Positions 49,274 through 59,913 of a DNA stretch of 64,000 bases are shown piece by piece. The notes beneath the pieces are model-generated. The model saw only the letters and a program-made list of their open reading frames with translations, had not been told where the DNA came from and did not search any database. Source of the DNA: Hydrurus foetidus (Eukaryota); contig UYFQ01000023.1 in assembly GCA_900617105.1 (NCBI GenBank), forward strand, positions 124,001-188,000. The letters run 5' to 3'. The position numbers and the translations under genes are program-made. Position 1 is the stretch's first letter. Each line of letters opens with the position of its first letter.

Positions 49274-50185
49274 CTATGTGCCGGATTCTCGCCCCGCGCG
49301 CGTCACCAAAAACACCCCTGGCAAGATCAAGGTGGCACCGCTCAGGTGGTGCCAACCCAGAGGTTCGCCCAATACCCCCCAGGCTGCCAACGCTGCGTAC
49401 AGTGGGCCTAAATACAGCGTCACGGCCACCCGACTGGCGCCGAGTATCTTTTGCGACCAACCGTAAATCCAATACGCCGCCAAGCCGGGAAGCAGCGCGG
49501 CCGTCACTACCAGCGCTGTGGCCTGGTGGCTCCAGGCCGGCGTGTCGGGCAAGCCGAGCTCCCATACTGCAAAGGGTAACAAAGCCGCCACGCCGCCCAA
49601 GCAAATTGCGGCCAGGCGCGCGGTCGCGCTCAAGGTACTGGGCCACATTTTTTGTAGCAAGGCGTACAGCGCCCACGACACCATGGCGAGCACAATCCAG
49701 CCATCACCGGCTACCCAATGCACGCTGGCCAAAGCCATCCACTGGCCTTTGACCACAACATGGATCACACCGACCAGAGCCACCAAAACGCCCAGTATTT
49801 GCTTGCGCGTAAACCGCTCGCCCAGCCACATCACAGCACCCAGAGAAATCAGCACTGGAGAGGCTGAATAGATGAGTGCAATGTTCATCGCCCCCGTGGT
49901 CTTGGCCCCCAGATAGACCCATGCGCCGCACACCAGCATGCCAAGAAAACCCAGCGTCAGGTACTGGTGCCACGCCGCCAGGATCGCGTAACGTTCGCGC
50001 CAGAGCTCAGCCCGGACCAGCAGCGTCAGGAGTAGTCCCGCCAGGCCCCAGCGTCCCAACGCCAGCGTGTAGGGCTCTACCACCCCTGGAGCTTTACGCG
50101 CAATGATGTAGTTGACCGCCCACAGCGCAGGGGTCACCCAAATCAGTGCCAAAGCTAGGCGCCGACGCGATTCTGAGACCTGCAT
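49274..50185 (-). CDS. DMT/EamA family transporter
   Basis: About 10 TMs in two repeats, with LGER and LGEP motifs. Confidence 0.9.
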   Translation of the reverse strand: MQVSESRRRLALALIWVTPALWAVNYIIARKAPGVVEPYTLALGRWGLAGLLLTLLVRAELWRERYAILAAWHQYLTLGFLGMLVCGAWVYLGAKTTGAMNIALIYSASPVLISLGAVMWLGERFTRKQILGVLVALVGVIHVVVKGQWMALASVHWVAGDGWIVLAMVSWALYALLQKMWPSTLSATARLAAICLGGVAALLPFAVWELGLPDTPAWSHQATALVVTAALLPGLAAYWIYGWSQKILGASRVAVTLYLGPLYAALAAWGVLGEPLGWHHLSGATLILPGVFLVTRAGRESGT

Positions 50186-50431
50186 TAAGTTTCCTTTTTT
50201 AGATTAATCATGATGATGTATCAGGTGGCTTGACTCTGACAGCACTGCTTGGCAGCCTCGGAGAAAAACACACTTATTACTGCGACGCTCCATTGTGAGA
50301 GCACCAGTGTTTAAGGCAACGCTGAATCTAACCCCCTGGAGTTCGAGTTGGGGGCCTTGCCCTGGATAAAAGTGGGCGATGATAGGGCTTACCCCAGACA
50401 GACGCTGGGTGCCTGTCCACAGAAAGCCCCC

Positions 50432-51355
50432 ATGCCCACCCGTTTTGACATCGTTCACACCACCACCTACCGTTACAGCTCACCCGTGACTTTTGGCGAA
50501 CACCGCGTGATGTTCCGCCCGCGTGACAGCCATGACCAGCGGGTGCTGGCAACCGACTTGAAGGTCAACATGGACAGTACCGTCCGGTTGATCCAAGACC
50601 CGCATTCCAATTCTGTCGCGCTGGTGCAGCCCTGGGGCGAATCGCTGGAGCTGCAACTGGTGTGCTCGTTCACCATCGAACAAGCGGTAGATTTGCCCGT
50701 GGTGCTGATGCCCTCCCCGGCTGGTGAATTTTTGCCGCTCAGCTACTCGCTGGAAGACCGCTGCGACCTGGAACACTATCTGCGCCCCCACCACGAAGAC
50801 CCCCAAGGCGAACTCGCCACTTGGAGCAGCCAGTTCATGCGCCCCGCAGGCCGCACCCGTACCCGCGATCTGCTCGAAGACATGAACCGCCACATCGGTG
50901 CCACGCTGACCTACATCCCCCGTGACGAAGAAGGCACGCAAACGCCCCTCACCACCCTGAAACTGGGCAGCGGCAGCTGCCGCGATTACGCCCTGCTGAT
51001 GATGGAAGCCGCCCGCCGCTTAGGTATCGCCACACGCTTCGTTTCCGGCTATTTGTACGATGCCGCGCTGGACGTAGGCAAAGGCGGCAAAGACGCAAAC
51101 GGCAAAACCACCGAAGGCCAAGCGATGGCCGGTGCCGGCTTCACCCACGCTTGGTTACAAGCCTACCTGCCTGGCGCCGGCTGGGCCACCTTCGACCCCA
51201 CCAACAACTTGCTGGGCGGCAGCCAACTGATCCGCGTCGGCGTAGCCCGCGACCCAGCCTTTGCAGCCCCTGTGTCCGGCAGCTGGTACGGCGCGGAAGG
51301 CGCGTATCTGGGGCTGACAGCAACGGTGCAGGTGACGCGGCAGGCTCAGGTTTAG
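50432..51355 (+). CDS. Transglutaminase-like protein with a bacterial N-terminal domain
   Basis: IVHTTTYRYS, GSCRDYA (Cys), HAW and FDPTN triad. ATG 50432. Confidence 0.9.
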   Translation: MPTRFDIVHTTTYRYSSPVTFGEHRVMFRPRDSHDQRVLATDLKVNMDSTVRLIQDPHSNSVALVQPWGESLELQLVCSFTIEQAVDLPVVLMPSPAGEFLPLSYSLEDRCDLEHYLRPHHEDPQGELATWSSQFMRPAGRTRTRDLLEDMNRHIGATLTYIPRDEEGTQTPLTTLKLGSGSCRDYALLMMEAARRLGIATRFVSGYLYDAALDVGKGGKDANGKTTEGQAMAGAGFTHAWLQAYLPGAGWATFDPTNNLLGGSQLIRVGVARDPAFAAPVSGSWYGAEGAYLGLTATVQVTRQAQV

Positions 51356-51434
51356 ACGGCATCGTTAAAACAACTCAAAAATCCTCAAAGCGGTAAAATA
51401 AGCACCGTTATCGGTATCGAAAAAAGGGGTTGTT

Positions 51435-51725
51435 ATGAACATTGTGACCGTAGCTGACATCAAACGCAGTGGTTTCTCCGCTTTGGATTCGCTGCTGGCC
51501 ATCGGGCCAGTTCACCTTATGAAGCGCAACCGCCCCGGTGCCGTGCTGCTCCGCCCCGATGACTACGCACGGCTGCTGATACAAGCACAAAACAACACGC
51601 CCGCTCCACGCGACGCCGGTTTGGACATTCTGCTGCGACAAGAAACAGGGGTCGCGAGTGGCTTGGATGCCGCAGGCATGAGCGCCCGCATGGCCGAGGT
51701 GCGCGATGGTTGGCGTGAGCGTTGA
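51435..51725 (+). CDS. Phd/YefM-like antitoxin
   Basis: VTVADIKR...GPVHLMKRNRPGAVLL pattern; overlaps the PIN gene by 4 nt. Confidence 0.7.
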   Translation: MNIVTVADIKRSGFSALDSLLAIGPVHLMKRNRPGAVLLRPDDYARLLIQAQNNTPAPRDAGLDILLRQETGVASGLDAAGMSARMAEVRDGWRER

Positions 51726-52132
51726 AGCTGCTCCTTGATGCTTGCGCCCTGATTTACCGCTTTGAAGGCGCAGCACCTTTTCGCGAGGCGACCACCACGC
51801 TGGTGTCGCAATTGACCCAGAATCAGCCCACCGTCGAGCTTGCTGTGTCGCGTTTGTCGGTGCTTGAATGCCGGGTAAAGCCGCTGCGAGAAGGGGATTC
51901 AGCCCTGTTGGCCCGTTATGACGAGCTGTTTGCCAGCGTTCGCATCCTGGAACTCAGCGCAGCGGTGGTGGATTTGGCGACGCAGCTGCGAGCCCGCCAC
52001 GGCCTCAAAACACCCGATGCCCTGCAAGCCGCTTGTGCGCTGGAATGGGACAAGCAAACCCTCTTTGTCACGGGGGATGCCGTATTCGCCAAAGTACCGA
52101 CGTTGGCTGTACGGCTTGTCCAAGTGGCTTGA
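51722..52132 (+). CDS. vapC: PIN-domain VapC toxin
   Basis: LLDACALIY, LE, PDALQAACA and VTGD acidic residues. Confidence 0.88.
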   Translation: MKLLLDACALIYRFEGAAPFREATTTLVSQLTQNQPTVELAVSRLSVLECRVKPLREGDSALLARYDELFASVRILELSAAVVDLATQLRARHGLKTPDALQAACALEWDKQTLFVTGDAVFAKVPTLAVRLVQVA

Positions 52133-52152
52133 GTTTGAGCCAAAGCTTCAAG

Positions 52153-53769
52153 TCAAACCTCAGCCAAATAATGCTGCAACACCACCGCCTCATCAGGCAG
52201 TAAAAAGCTGCGTACCTGCACCTCCAGCTCGTGGTCTGCCACGGTGGTGCGTGCGCGTTGGTGCAGGTAATCGGCCCATGAGGTGACGAGGAAGCGTTCG
52301 GTGAAGCGCGAGGGGTCGGCCAAATCGCGGTAGACGCGCCAAAACGTCGCGCCATCGCGGCGGCGTGGGGCACGCAGAAGGCTGATGGCTTCTAAAAAAC
52401 GGGCAGCGTCTTCGGCTCGGATGCGGTAGCCCAGCTCCACGGCGACGGGGCCATCTTCAGGGGCGGGCTCATGGGCGATAGAGACATCGTCCCAGGGTAA
52501 GGTCTGCGTCACGGCTTGGGCGTCGCCCATGCGCAGGGGGAACGGCCACGCTAAAAACACGCCTGCGGCCATGCACACTGCTGCGACCGACAGCGCAGCA
52601 GACAGCCCTACCATGTCTGATGCCGCACCCCACAGTGCGGAACCCAAAGCGAACGAGCCCAGCGCACACAGCGTGTGCATCGCCATCGCCCTGGCCCGCA
52701 CCCACGGCGGCACGCTGGTTTGCGTGGCGATGTTGAAGGTAGACATCACCGCCATCCACGCTGCACCACCCGCCACCAATGCCACACAAACCACCCAAGT
52801 CCTGTGCGAAAACGCAGCCACCAGCATCACATCGGCAAACACCAAACAGCCGCCGCCAACCAGCCTCTCCAGCCCCACCCGCGCCCGCAAACGCCCAATC
52901 ACCAGACCCACCAACACCGCACCCATGCCCAAGCAGCCCATCAACAAGCCAAAACCTGCGGCCCCCAAACCCAGTTGGCGCTGACCAATCACCGGCAGCA
53001 AAGCCCACAGCGCTGAGCCGGTGCCACTGTAAGCCATGGTGCGCACCAGCTGCGCCAGCACGGTTTCAGAATGCCGGGCAAAGCGCAGGGCACTGAGCAT
53101 CCCCCCCCACAAACGCTCAGCGGGCAAGCGAGAAGGGGGATGAGGTTTAGGCGGCCAACGGCGAATAGCGTAGAGCATCAGCAGAGTGCTGAGCACCGCA
53201 ATCACAAAATTCCACGCCCCGCCAAACCGCGCAAACACCACGCCAGCCAACGCAGGCCCCAGCGCCCGAGCGGCGTTGTAGGCAATGGCGACGGTGGTGA
53301 TGGCCTGAGGCAATTCGTCGCGCGGAATGGCATCGCTGATGGTGGAGTTCCACGCCGGGGACATCAGCGCAGAGCAACTGCCCGCCACAAATACCAGAAA
53401 GAGCAGGGTGGCAGGTCCAGCCCAACCGGCCAGCAGCAACCCAGCCAGCAAGCCCCCCACCACAACCTGAACGATCAGCGCCCGTGTGATAAGGCGACGC
53501 CGGTCGGTGATGTCGGCCAGCACACCGGCGGGCAATGAGAACAAAAACATCGGCAAAAACACCGCCGTTTGCACCAAAGCGGCCAAAAAGGAAGACCCCG
53601 TCATCTCCACCATCATCCAAGCCGCGGCCATGGTCTGCATGGCGTTACCGATGAAATAAACTGCCCCGGTGCCCCACAAACCGCGAAAGTTACGGTGGCG
53701 CAAGGTGAACCAGATGGAGGGCGTGGGCGGTGGGGCAGAGGGCGAAGGATGCGGTGGGGCAGAACTCAT
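52153..53769 (-). CDS. MFS transporter with a C-terminal soluble extension (MFS_3/DUF894-like)
   Basis: About 12 TMs, GVLADITDRR motif and C-terminal GPV.V.Y...RRRDGA..W domain. Confidence 0.88.
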   Translation of the reverse strand: MSSAPPHPSPSAPPPTPSIWFTLRHRNFRGLWGTGAVYFIGNAMQTMAAAWMMVEMTGSSFLAALVQTAVFLPMFLFSLPAGVLADITDRRRLITRALIVQVVVGGLLAGLLLAGWAGPATLLFLVFVAGSCSALMSPAWNSTISDAIPRDELPQAITTVAIAYNAARALGPALAGVVFARFGGAWNFVIAVLSTLLMLYAIRRWPPKPHPPSRLPAERLWGGMLSALRFARHSETVLAQLVRTMAYSGTGSALWALLPVIGQRQLGLGAAGFGLLMGCLGMGAVLVGLVIGRLRARVGLERLVGGGCLVFADVMLVAAFSHRTWVVCVALVAGGAAWMAVMSTFNIATQTSVPPWVRARAMAMHTLCALGSFALGSALWGAASDMVGLSAALSVAAVCMAAGVFLAWPFPLRMGDAQAVTQTLPWDDVSIAHEPAPEDGPVAVELGYRIRAEDAARFLEAISLLRAPRRRDGATFWRVYRDLADPSRFTERFLVTSWADYLHQRARTTVADHELEVQVRSFLLPDEAVVLQHYLAEV

Positions 53770-53925
53770 GTTCTTGATTGTCACCGCCTGGGTTTACCCG
53801 TTGCGCCGCAAGGGAGACAGTCAACGGTAGCTTCAGCCAAAACACAGCACAGAGAATGCAGTGCATCCCGCCAGAGCATTAGATGCTAAGGTCAACACCA
53901 ACTTTGACCGAAACACCGCCCCAAC

Positions 53926-55338
53926 ATGACCCAAACCGCATCCCACCAACGTCTGCTATGGCTCGTTGCCATCGGGTTTTTCATGCAGACGCTGGACGCG
54001 ACCATCCTCAACACCGCCCTGCCCGCGATGGCGGCCAGCCTGGGCGAAAGCCCGCTGAAGATGCAGTCGGTGGTGGTGGCCTATTCGCTGACGATGGCGA
54101 TGCTGATACCGGCTTCGGGCTGGATGGCCGACCGCTTTGGCACACGCCGCCTGTTTGTCACGGCGATTGCTGTTTTCACCCTTGGCTCGCTGCTGTGCGC
54201 GCTGTCGCAGAGCGTGACGCAGCTGGTGCTGTCGCGCATCGTGCAGGGCGTGGGCGGCGCTTTGCTGCTGCCGGTGGGGCGGCTGGCGGTGCTGCGGGCT
54301 TTTCCGCGTGAGCAGTTTTTGAAAGCCATGAGCTTCGTCGCCCTGCCCGGCCTGATTGGCCCGCTGATTGGCCCCACACTGGGCGGTTGGCTGGTGGAAT
54401 ACACCACTTGGCACTGGATTTTCCTCATCAACCTGCCCGTGGGTCTGCTGGGCGGCATCGCCACCTTGCTGCTGATGCCCGAGGGTGTGCGTGTGGCGGC
54501 GCGGCGGTTTGACATGAGCGGCTACCTGCTGCTGTCGTTCGGCATGGTGGCGCTGTCGCTGGCGCTCGATGGTTTGGCCGAGCTGGGCTTGGGCCAAGCC
54601 ACGGTGATGGTGCTGCTGGTGTTTGGTTTGGCCAGCCTGGTGGCGTACTGGCTGCACGCCGTCAAAGTGCCTGAGCCGCTGTTTTCGCCGCAGCTGTTCA
54701 GCGTCCACTCGCTGACGATTGGGCTGCTGGGCAACCTGTTTGCACGCATCGGCAGCAGCTGCATGCCGTTTTTAATCCCGCTGCTGCTGCAAATCAGCAT
54801 GGGCTATTCCCCCTCGCAGGCCGGCATGATGATGCTGCCCGTCGCGCTGGCAGGGATGGTCACCAAAACCCTGGCCACCCGGCTGATTACCCGCCTGGGC
54901 TACCGCTGGGTGCTGGTGCTGAACACCGCGCTGGTGGGCCTCACGATGGCCAGCTTTGCACTGTCCACCCCTGACCAACCGCTGTGGCTGCGCTTGGTGC
55001 AGTTGGCCGTGTTCGGGGCCGTCAACTCGATGCAGTTCACGGCGATGAACACTGTCACGCTGAAAGACATGGACGGCCCCCTGGCCAGCAGCGGCAACAG
55101 CCTGTTGTCGATGGTGCAAATGCTGTCCATGAGCCTGGGCGTGGCCGCAGCGGGCGCGGTGCTGGCCGGCTACAACGGCTACTTTGCCACCGCCGGAGCC
55201 GCACAAACGCTGAAAGCCTTCCACGCCACCTTCGCAACGATGGGGCTGATGACGGTGGCATCGGCATGGATTTTCTGGCAGCTCTCGCCAGACACGCAGA
55301 CGACGGGGGTGGGGCGGGAGAAGTCGGATATGGAGTGA
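53926..55338 (+). CDS. DHA2 MFS efflux permease (MdtD-like)
   Basis: FFMQTLDATILNTALP, ADRFGTRR and WHWIFLINLPVG; about 14 TMs. Confidence 0.9.
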   Translation: MTQTASHQRLLWLVAIGFFMQTLDATILNTALPAMAASLGESPLKMQSVVVAYSLTMAMLIPASGWMADRFGTRRLFVTAIAVFTLGSLLCALSQSVTQLVLSRIVQGVGGALLLPVGRLAVLRAFPREQFLKAMSFVALPGLIGPLIGPTLGGWLVEYTTWHWIFLINLPVGLLGGIATLLLMPEGVRVAARRFDMSGYLLLSFGMVALSLALDGLAELGLGQATVMVLLVFGLASLVAYWLHAVKVPEPLFSPQLFSVHSLTIGLLGNLFARIGSSCMPFLIPLLLQISMGYSPSQAGMMMLPVALAGMVTKTLATRLITRLGYRWVLVLNTALVGLTMASFALSTPDQPLWLRLVQLAVFGAVNSMQFTAMNTVTLKDMDGPLASSGNSLLSMVQMLSMSLGVAAAGAVLAGYNGYFATAGAAQTLKAFHATFATMGLMTVASAWIFWQLSPDTQTTGVGREKSDME

Positions 55339-55430
55339 GATAGATCAAAGTTAGCAAACAAAATCCATGATCTGCACTTCAAAGCAGCACTGGAATCTGA
55401 TCTCGCATGACAATACTCAGGTTTATTTCA

Positions 55431-55483
55431 TCATCTAATTTGATAGCTTTATACGCAGTATTTATAAGCTAGCTGGCCTTTTT
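55431..55483 (+). repeat. Dispersed element copy (intergenic)
   Basis: TCATCTAATTTGATAGC TTTATACGC AGTATTTAT AAGCTAGCTGGCCTTTTT. Confidence 0.7.
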
Positions 55484-55515
55484 AAGGCTGAAAAATCTGC
55501 ACGCTGGACTCCTCA

Positions 55516-56115
55516 ATGAAACTGACCCATAAACGCAAATTTACAAACCCTTTGTTGACGGGCATCTTGATGATGATGTTGCCGTGCGTGCCCAGCAAGG
55601 CGGCGACGGAAACACGAATGACCATCGCACCCAGCGGAGCGGTGGTGATGGATTTTCAAAGCCAATTAACTTGGGCTCGGTGTGTAGAAGGTATGCAGTG
55701 GAACGGTAAAACCTGCATCGGTGAGCCGATGGTGCTTTCCCGTGGCGCAGCCATGGCGTTGGCCTTGGAGCGAGGCAAGGCAGATGGCCTGCCTTGGCGA
55801 GTTCCTCAAATGAACGAAATACGTGGACTGATGCACGGGCAAATGCGCGCGAATGCAGGCGGGGCGGCATTCGATACCAAAAACTTTCCAGGCCTGCCAG
55901 TGGGCTGGACATGGACATCTACAAGCAGCGTGAACGCAGCGCCAGTGAATCAGTACAGCTACGACAACATTGCTCGCGGTCGCACCACAGACAATGCCAA
56001 CCTGAGCGCCATGCGCACAGGTTGGGCCGTGCATTCTGGGACAGGCGATGCCGACGGTAATGTCAACAAACGAACCCTCATGTTCGTCTGGCTGGTGCAT
56101 TCGAATTCACCGTAA
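55516..56115 (+). CDS. Secreted DUF1566 (Lcl C-terminal-like) protein
   Basis: Signal peptide, VMDFQSQLTWARC..G..W....C, WRVP..E and WTWTS pattern. Confidence 0.75.
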   Translation: MKLTHKRKFTNPLLTGILMMMLPCVPSKAATETRMTIAPSGAVVMDFQSQLTWARCVEGMQWNGKTCIGEPMVLSRGAAMALALERGKADGLPWRVPQMNEIRGLMHGQMRANAGGAAFDTKNFPGLPVGWTWTSTSSVNAAPVNQYSYDNIARGRTTDNANLSAMRTGWAVHSGTGDADGNVNKRTLMFVWLVHSNSP

Positions 56116-56273
56116 ATGCCATAGAGGGAATGCGCAATCCGCGATGGCGCTCAACTTGTCGTTCTGTGTACCAACAGAGGGCAATCTGGCGCAATGAACT
56201 GAGGCAGAAATTACAGGTACAGCACCACAGCCAGAGCAAAGGACTACGACTGAAACAACTCAACCTTGCACAG

Positions 56274-59200
56274 TCAATTTATGAAGCGAGGTGTAGCAAA
56301 GTCATTGACACGTTCCAGCCACGCCGGATCAGGCTGCCAAGTTGCGACCCAGCCGGGCAGTTGTTCTGGTGCCATTGGCCGGGCAATGCCATAGCCTTGC
56401 GCCAGCTCGCAACCCAGTTCAAGCAGCGCGGTTCCATGCGCCACGGTTTCTACGCCTTCTGCAATTACCTCACGCCGGAAGGCCGCCGCCAAGCCAATGA
56501 CACCTTGCAAAATTGCCAGGTCATCAGCATCTTCGAGCATGTCGCGCACAAAGCTTTGGTCAATCTTGAGCATTGCCACACGCAGGTGCCTAAGGTAGGT
56601 CAGTGACGAATAGCCGGTACCAAAATCGTCCAACGCGAACCTCACACCGAGCTGGGCGCAGTCGGCGATCATGCTTGAAACCTGAGTCAGGTCAGCCAGT
56701 GCGCTGGTCTCAAGAATTTCCAACTCCAGGCGGGCCGGGTTGATTTTGGGGTGCTTGTTCAAAATGATTTGAAGACGCTCTACAAAATTGGTTTGCTGTA
56801 GTTGGCGCGCGCCGATATTGACGCTGACCGCCATGTCCAGACCAGCGTCATGCCACACTTGCAGCTGTCGCATGGCTGCATCAATCACCCATTCGCCCAC
56901 GTCCACAGCCAAGGCATGCTCCTCAATAAGCGGCAGAAAAGTGGCCGGGGCAAGCAAGCCTTTTTCAGGGTGTTGCCAGCGTAGCAGGGCTTCGGCTCCA
57001 ATGACCTTGCCAGTGCGCATGTTGACCTTGGGCTGGTAGTACAGCAAGAGCTCTTGTCTGTTCAGGGCCAAACGGATGCGCTCCAGGCCCTCATGGTTGC
57101 TGCGAATACTGCTGTCATGCGCAGCATCAAAAACATGATGACGGTTCTTGCCCGCCAGCTTGGCTTGGTACATGGCCTGATCGGCTTGGCGCAGGAGTTG
57201 ATCGGCATCGATGTCATCTGTCTGCGGATAAAAGGTGACTCCCATACTGGCTGAAACCTGCAAAGTCAGATCGCCCACCAGAACCGGCAATGCAGCCGTG
57301 TCAAGCAGTCGGTTAAGCAATGGCAGGCTTGCCGCCACATCTTGCAGGTCTCTCAGCACCACGACAAACTCGTCGCCACCCAAGCGGGCCAGCGTGTCGC
57401 CTTCGCGCATTGAGTCTCTCATGCGGTTCGCGAAGGTGATCAGTACCTGGTCGCCCGCTTCATGGCCGTGGCGGTCGTTGATGACTTTGAAACCGTCAAG
57501 GTCCAGGTAAACCACAGCCAACTGTTGCTGCCTGCGTTGTGCCTGCACCATCGCATCTTGCAGCTGGTCGGCCAGTAACACCCGGTTGGCCAGGTTGGTC
57601 AACGTATCAAAGTGGGCCAGGTGTTCAATTTTGCTTTGGTGTTCTTTGATGGCGGTGATCTCAGTGAACAATGCCACATATTGCTTGGCGTTGCCCTGAT
57701 CATCCCGAACAGCGCTGACGGTGAGCAGTTCGGCGTACAACTCCGCATTCTTGCGGCGGTTCCATAGTTCTCCGCTCCAGTGTCCGTTTTGGGTCAAGTC
57801 GTGCCAAAGGGCTTTATAAAACGCATCGTCCTGAAGACCGGAGTTCACCATGCGCAGACTCTGGCCGATCGCCTCAGATCGGCTGTAGCCCGTTATGCGC
57901 GTAAAAGCGTCATTGGCATCGATAATTCTTCCACGCGCATCAGTGATGATGATGCCTTCGCGGGTATGAGTAAAGACGCTAGCGGCAAGCTGGAGTTTCC
58001 CCTGTGCCTGTTTGTGCTCCAGTGCAATGCTGGTCAGGTTGGCTGTTTGCGCAATGAGATCGAAATCACCTTGTGTGGGTGTGCACTGTGCGCGGTAGTA
58101 AATGGCAATCGTGCCCAAAACCTTGCCGCTTGCACCGCTAATCGGCTGTGCCCAGCCGACGCTCAACCCGGCTCTTGCTGCAAAGTCTTTGTAGGCTGCC
58201 CAATAGGAGTGCGTGGCGATGTCTGTCACGGCCAATCCTGCTTCGAAGTCATCGAGCACAGCGTTGTAAAACTCAGGCAAGCTCGGTGCCACTGCTTTGC
58301 CCACGCGGCGGCCATCGCTGTCCAGAAGCAAGATACTGCACAGCATGGCGGGTCTGAGTTGCTGCACACCCAACACGATGGTTTCAAGCAGTTCAGTAAG
58401 TGGCGCATTTGCGGCAAGCAGTTCCATCGTACCGCTGCGAAAGCGCTCGTATTGTTCTGCCTGTTTACGCTCAGTGATGTCGCGGGCCAGCACGATGAAG
58501 CGTTGGTGTGCGCCGTCAATTCCAGGCATCGCCGCGACCGACAACTCAAACCAAACTTCGTCTTGGGGGTGTGGCAACGCGTAAGAAGCGCCGCTAGACC
58601 AACCCTTGATGTGCGCCTCTTGCAATGCATTCATACACGTTTCGGCCGCAGCACCCGGCATCACGTCAACAAGGTGCTTGCCCACGTACATCGGAGCATG
58701 TGCAGCCTGCAAATTGCTTCGATGGGCATGGTAGCCCAGCACAAGCCCCTGCAAATCCACCTCAAACAGAAGATCAGGAATTGCATCCAGGGTGGCCTTC
58801 AGGTGTGTTTGAGTTGCCAGCAACGCTGCTGCAACCCGGTATTTTTCGGTCACATCGCTGAACACCAGCACGACCCCGACGATCTGACCCGCCGCATTCC
58901 GGATGGGGGCAGCGTTGTCGGCAATTTGGTATTCCTGGCCGTCACGGGCGAGCAGCGTCGTATGGTCCAAGCCGACGACATCGCCATGTTGCATTACCAA
59001 TTGCACGGGGTTAACGGAGGGGAGACGAGTTTCAGAGCTGACAATGCAAAACACCTCGGCCAGTGGCCGACCCAGCGCCTGAGCCAATGGCCAACCGGTG
59101 AGGCGCACCGCAGTTGGGTTCATGCGCGTGACCAGCCCTGCTGTGTCTGTGGCGATTACCGCATCGCCAATCGAGTGCAGGGTGATGGCCAGGTCTTCTT

Positions 59201-59912
59201 GGCTTTCGCGCAGCCATGCGTCGGACTCGCGCAGCCGGTCGGCCATTGTGTTGACACGCACGGCCAACCGACCCAATTCATCGCCAGATTCAACTACGCA
59301 ACGCGCATTCAGGTCACCCAAAGCGATCCGATCGACCATGGCCTCCAAACGATTGACTGGCCCGCTGACCATGCGCTTGAGCAGCAGATAGGTTGCTGCG
59401 TACAAGACGGCGAGAACCAACGCCATCAGCGCTAAGTTGGTGCGCTGGGCCGAGGTATGGGCTTGCTCAACCAACGATCGCGTCAGCACGACACGGAATT
59501 CACCGATCTTCTTTTTCGAGTCGGCATCGGCGGTCGCAAAGTCGATCGACTGCACACGCACGATCGGATCAATCAGTGGCGGCCCCTGCTTCATGCTTAT
59601 TTCACGCAACACGCCGTAACCGTCCGCTGTGATGCTGTATTGCACGACCTCAGGATCGGATGCCAGCACGGCGAGCTGGTCGTCTATCGCTGCCAAGTCA
59701 ACGTTCCAGACAGAATAGGCCAACGAGCGGCTGACCAGATTGGCAACGCGATCCGCACGCCCTTCGAGTTCCATTATTCGCGTTGCGTACTCGCGTTCTA
59801 TCGACACGTAAGCAACGCTTGTCACGACCAGAGCGATAAGGATCGCCAGTATCAATACCAGTTTTGTGTGCAGGCGGGTAGCTAGGGGGATCAGTCGGAT
59901 CGGCAAGAGCAT
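56274..59912 (-). CDS. Membrane c-di-GMP enzyme: periplasmic sensor-HAMP-PAS-PAS-GAF-PAS-GGDEF-EAL
   Basis: Two TMs, DELGRL, three PAS-like segments, GAF-like segment, REGD/GGDEF, EAL, DDFGTGYSS and KIDQSF. ATG 59912. Confidence 0.93.
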   Translation of the reverse strand: MLLPIRLIPLATRLHTKLVLILAILIALVVTSVAYVSIEREYATRIMELEGRADRVANLVSRSLAYSVWNVDLAAIDDQLAVLASDPEVVQYSITADGYGVLREISMKQGPPLIDPIVRVQSIDFATADADSKKKIGEFRVVLTRSLVEQAHTSAQRTNLALMALVLAVLYAATYLLLKRMVSGPVNRLEAMVDRIALGDLNARCVVESGDELGRLAVRVNTMADRLRESDAWLRESQEDLAITLHSIGDAVIATDTAGLVTRMNPTAVRLTGWPLAQALGRPLAEVFCIVSSETRLPSVNPVQLVMQHGDVVGLDHTTLLARDGQEYQIADNAAPIRNAAGQIVGVVLVFSDVTEKYRVAAALLATQTHLKATLDAIPDLLFEVDLQGLVLGYHAHRSNLQAAHAPMYVGKHLVDVMPGAAAETCMNALQEAHIKGWSSGASYALPHPQDEVWFELSVAAMPGIDGAHQRFIVLARDITERKQAEQYERFRSGTMELLAANAPLTELLETIVLGVQQLRPAMLCSILLLDSDGRRVGKAVAPSLPEFYNAVLDDFEAGLAVTDIATHSYWAAYKDFAARAGLSVGWAQPISGASGKVLGTIAIYYRAQCTPTQGDFDLIAQTANLTSIALEHKQAQGKLQLAASVFTHTREGIIITDARGRIIDANDAFTRITGYSRSEAIGQSLRMVNSGLQDDAFYKALWHDLTQNGHWSGELWNRRKNAELYAELLTVSAVRDDQGNAKQYVALFTEITAIKEHQSKIEHLAHFDTLTNLANRVLLADQLQDAMVQAQRRQQQLAVVYLDLDGFKVINDRHGHEAGDQVLITFANRMRDSMREGDTLARLGGDEFVVVLRDLQDVAASLPLLNRLLDTAALPVLVGDLTLQVSASMGVTFYPQTDDIDADQLLRQADQAMYQAKLAGKNRHHVFDAAHDSSIRSNHEGLERIRLALNRQELLLYYQPKVNMRTGKVIGAEALLRWQHPEKGLLAPATFLPLIEEHALAVDVGEWVIDAAMRQLQVWHDAGLDMAVSVNIGARQLQQTNFVERLQIILNKHPKINPARLELEILETSALADLTQVSSMIADCAQLGVRFALDDFGTGYSSLTYLRHLRVAMLKIDQSFVRDMLEDADDLAILQGVIGLAAAFRREVIAEGVETVAHGTALLELGCELAQGYGIARPMAPEQLPGWVATWQPDPAWLERVNDFATPRFIN

Positions 59913-59913
59913 T

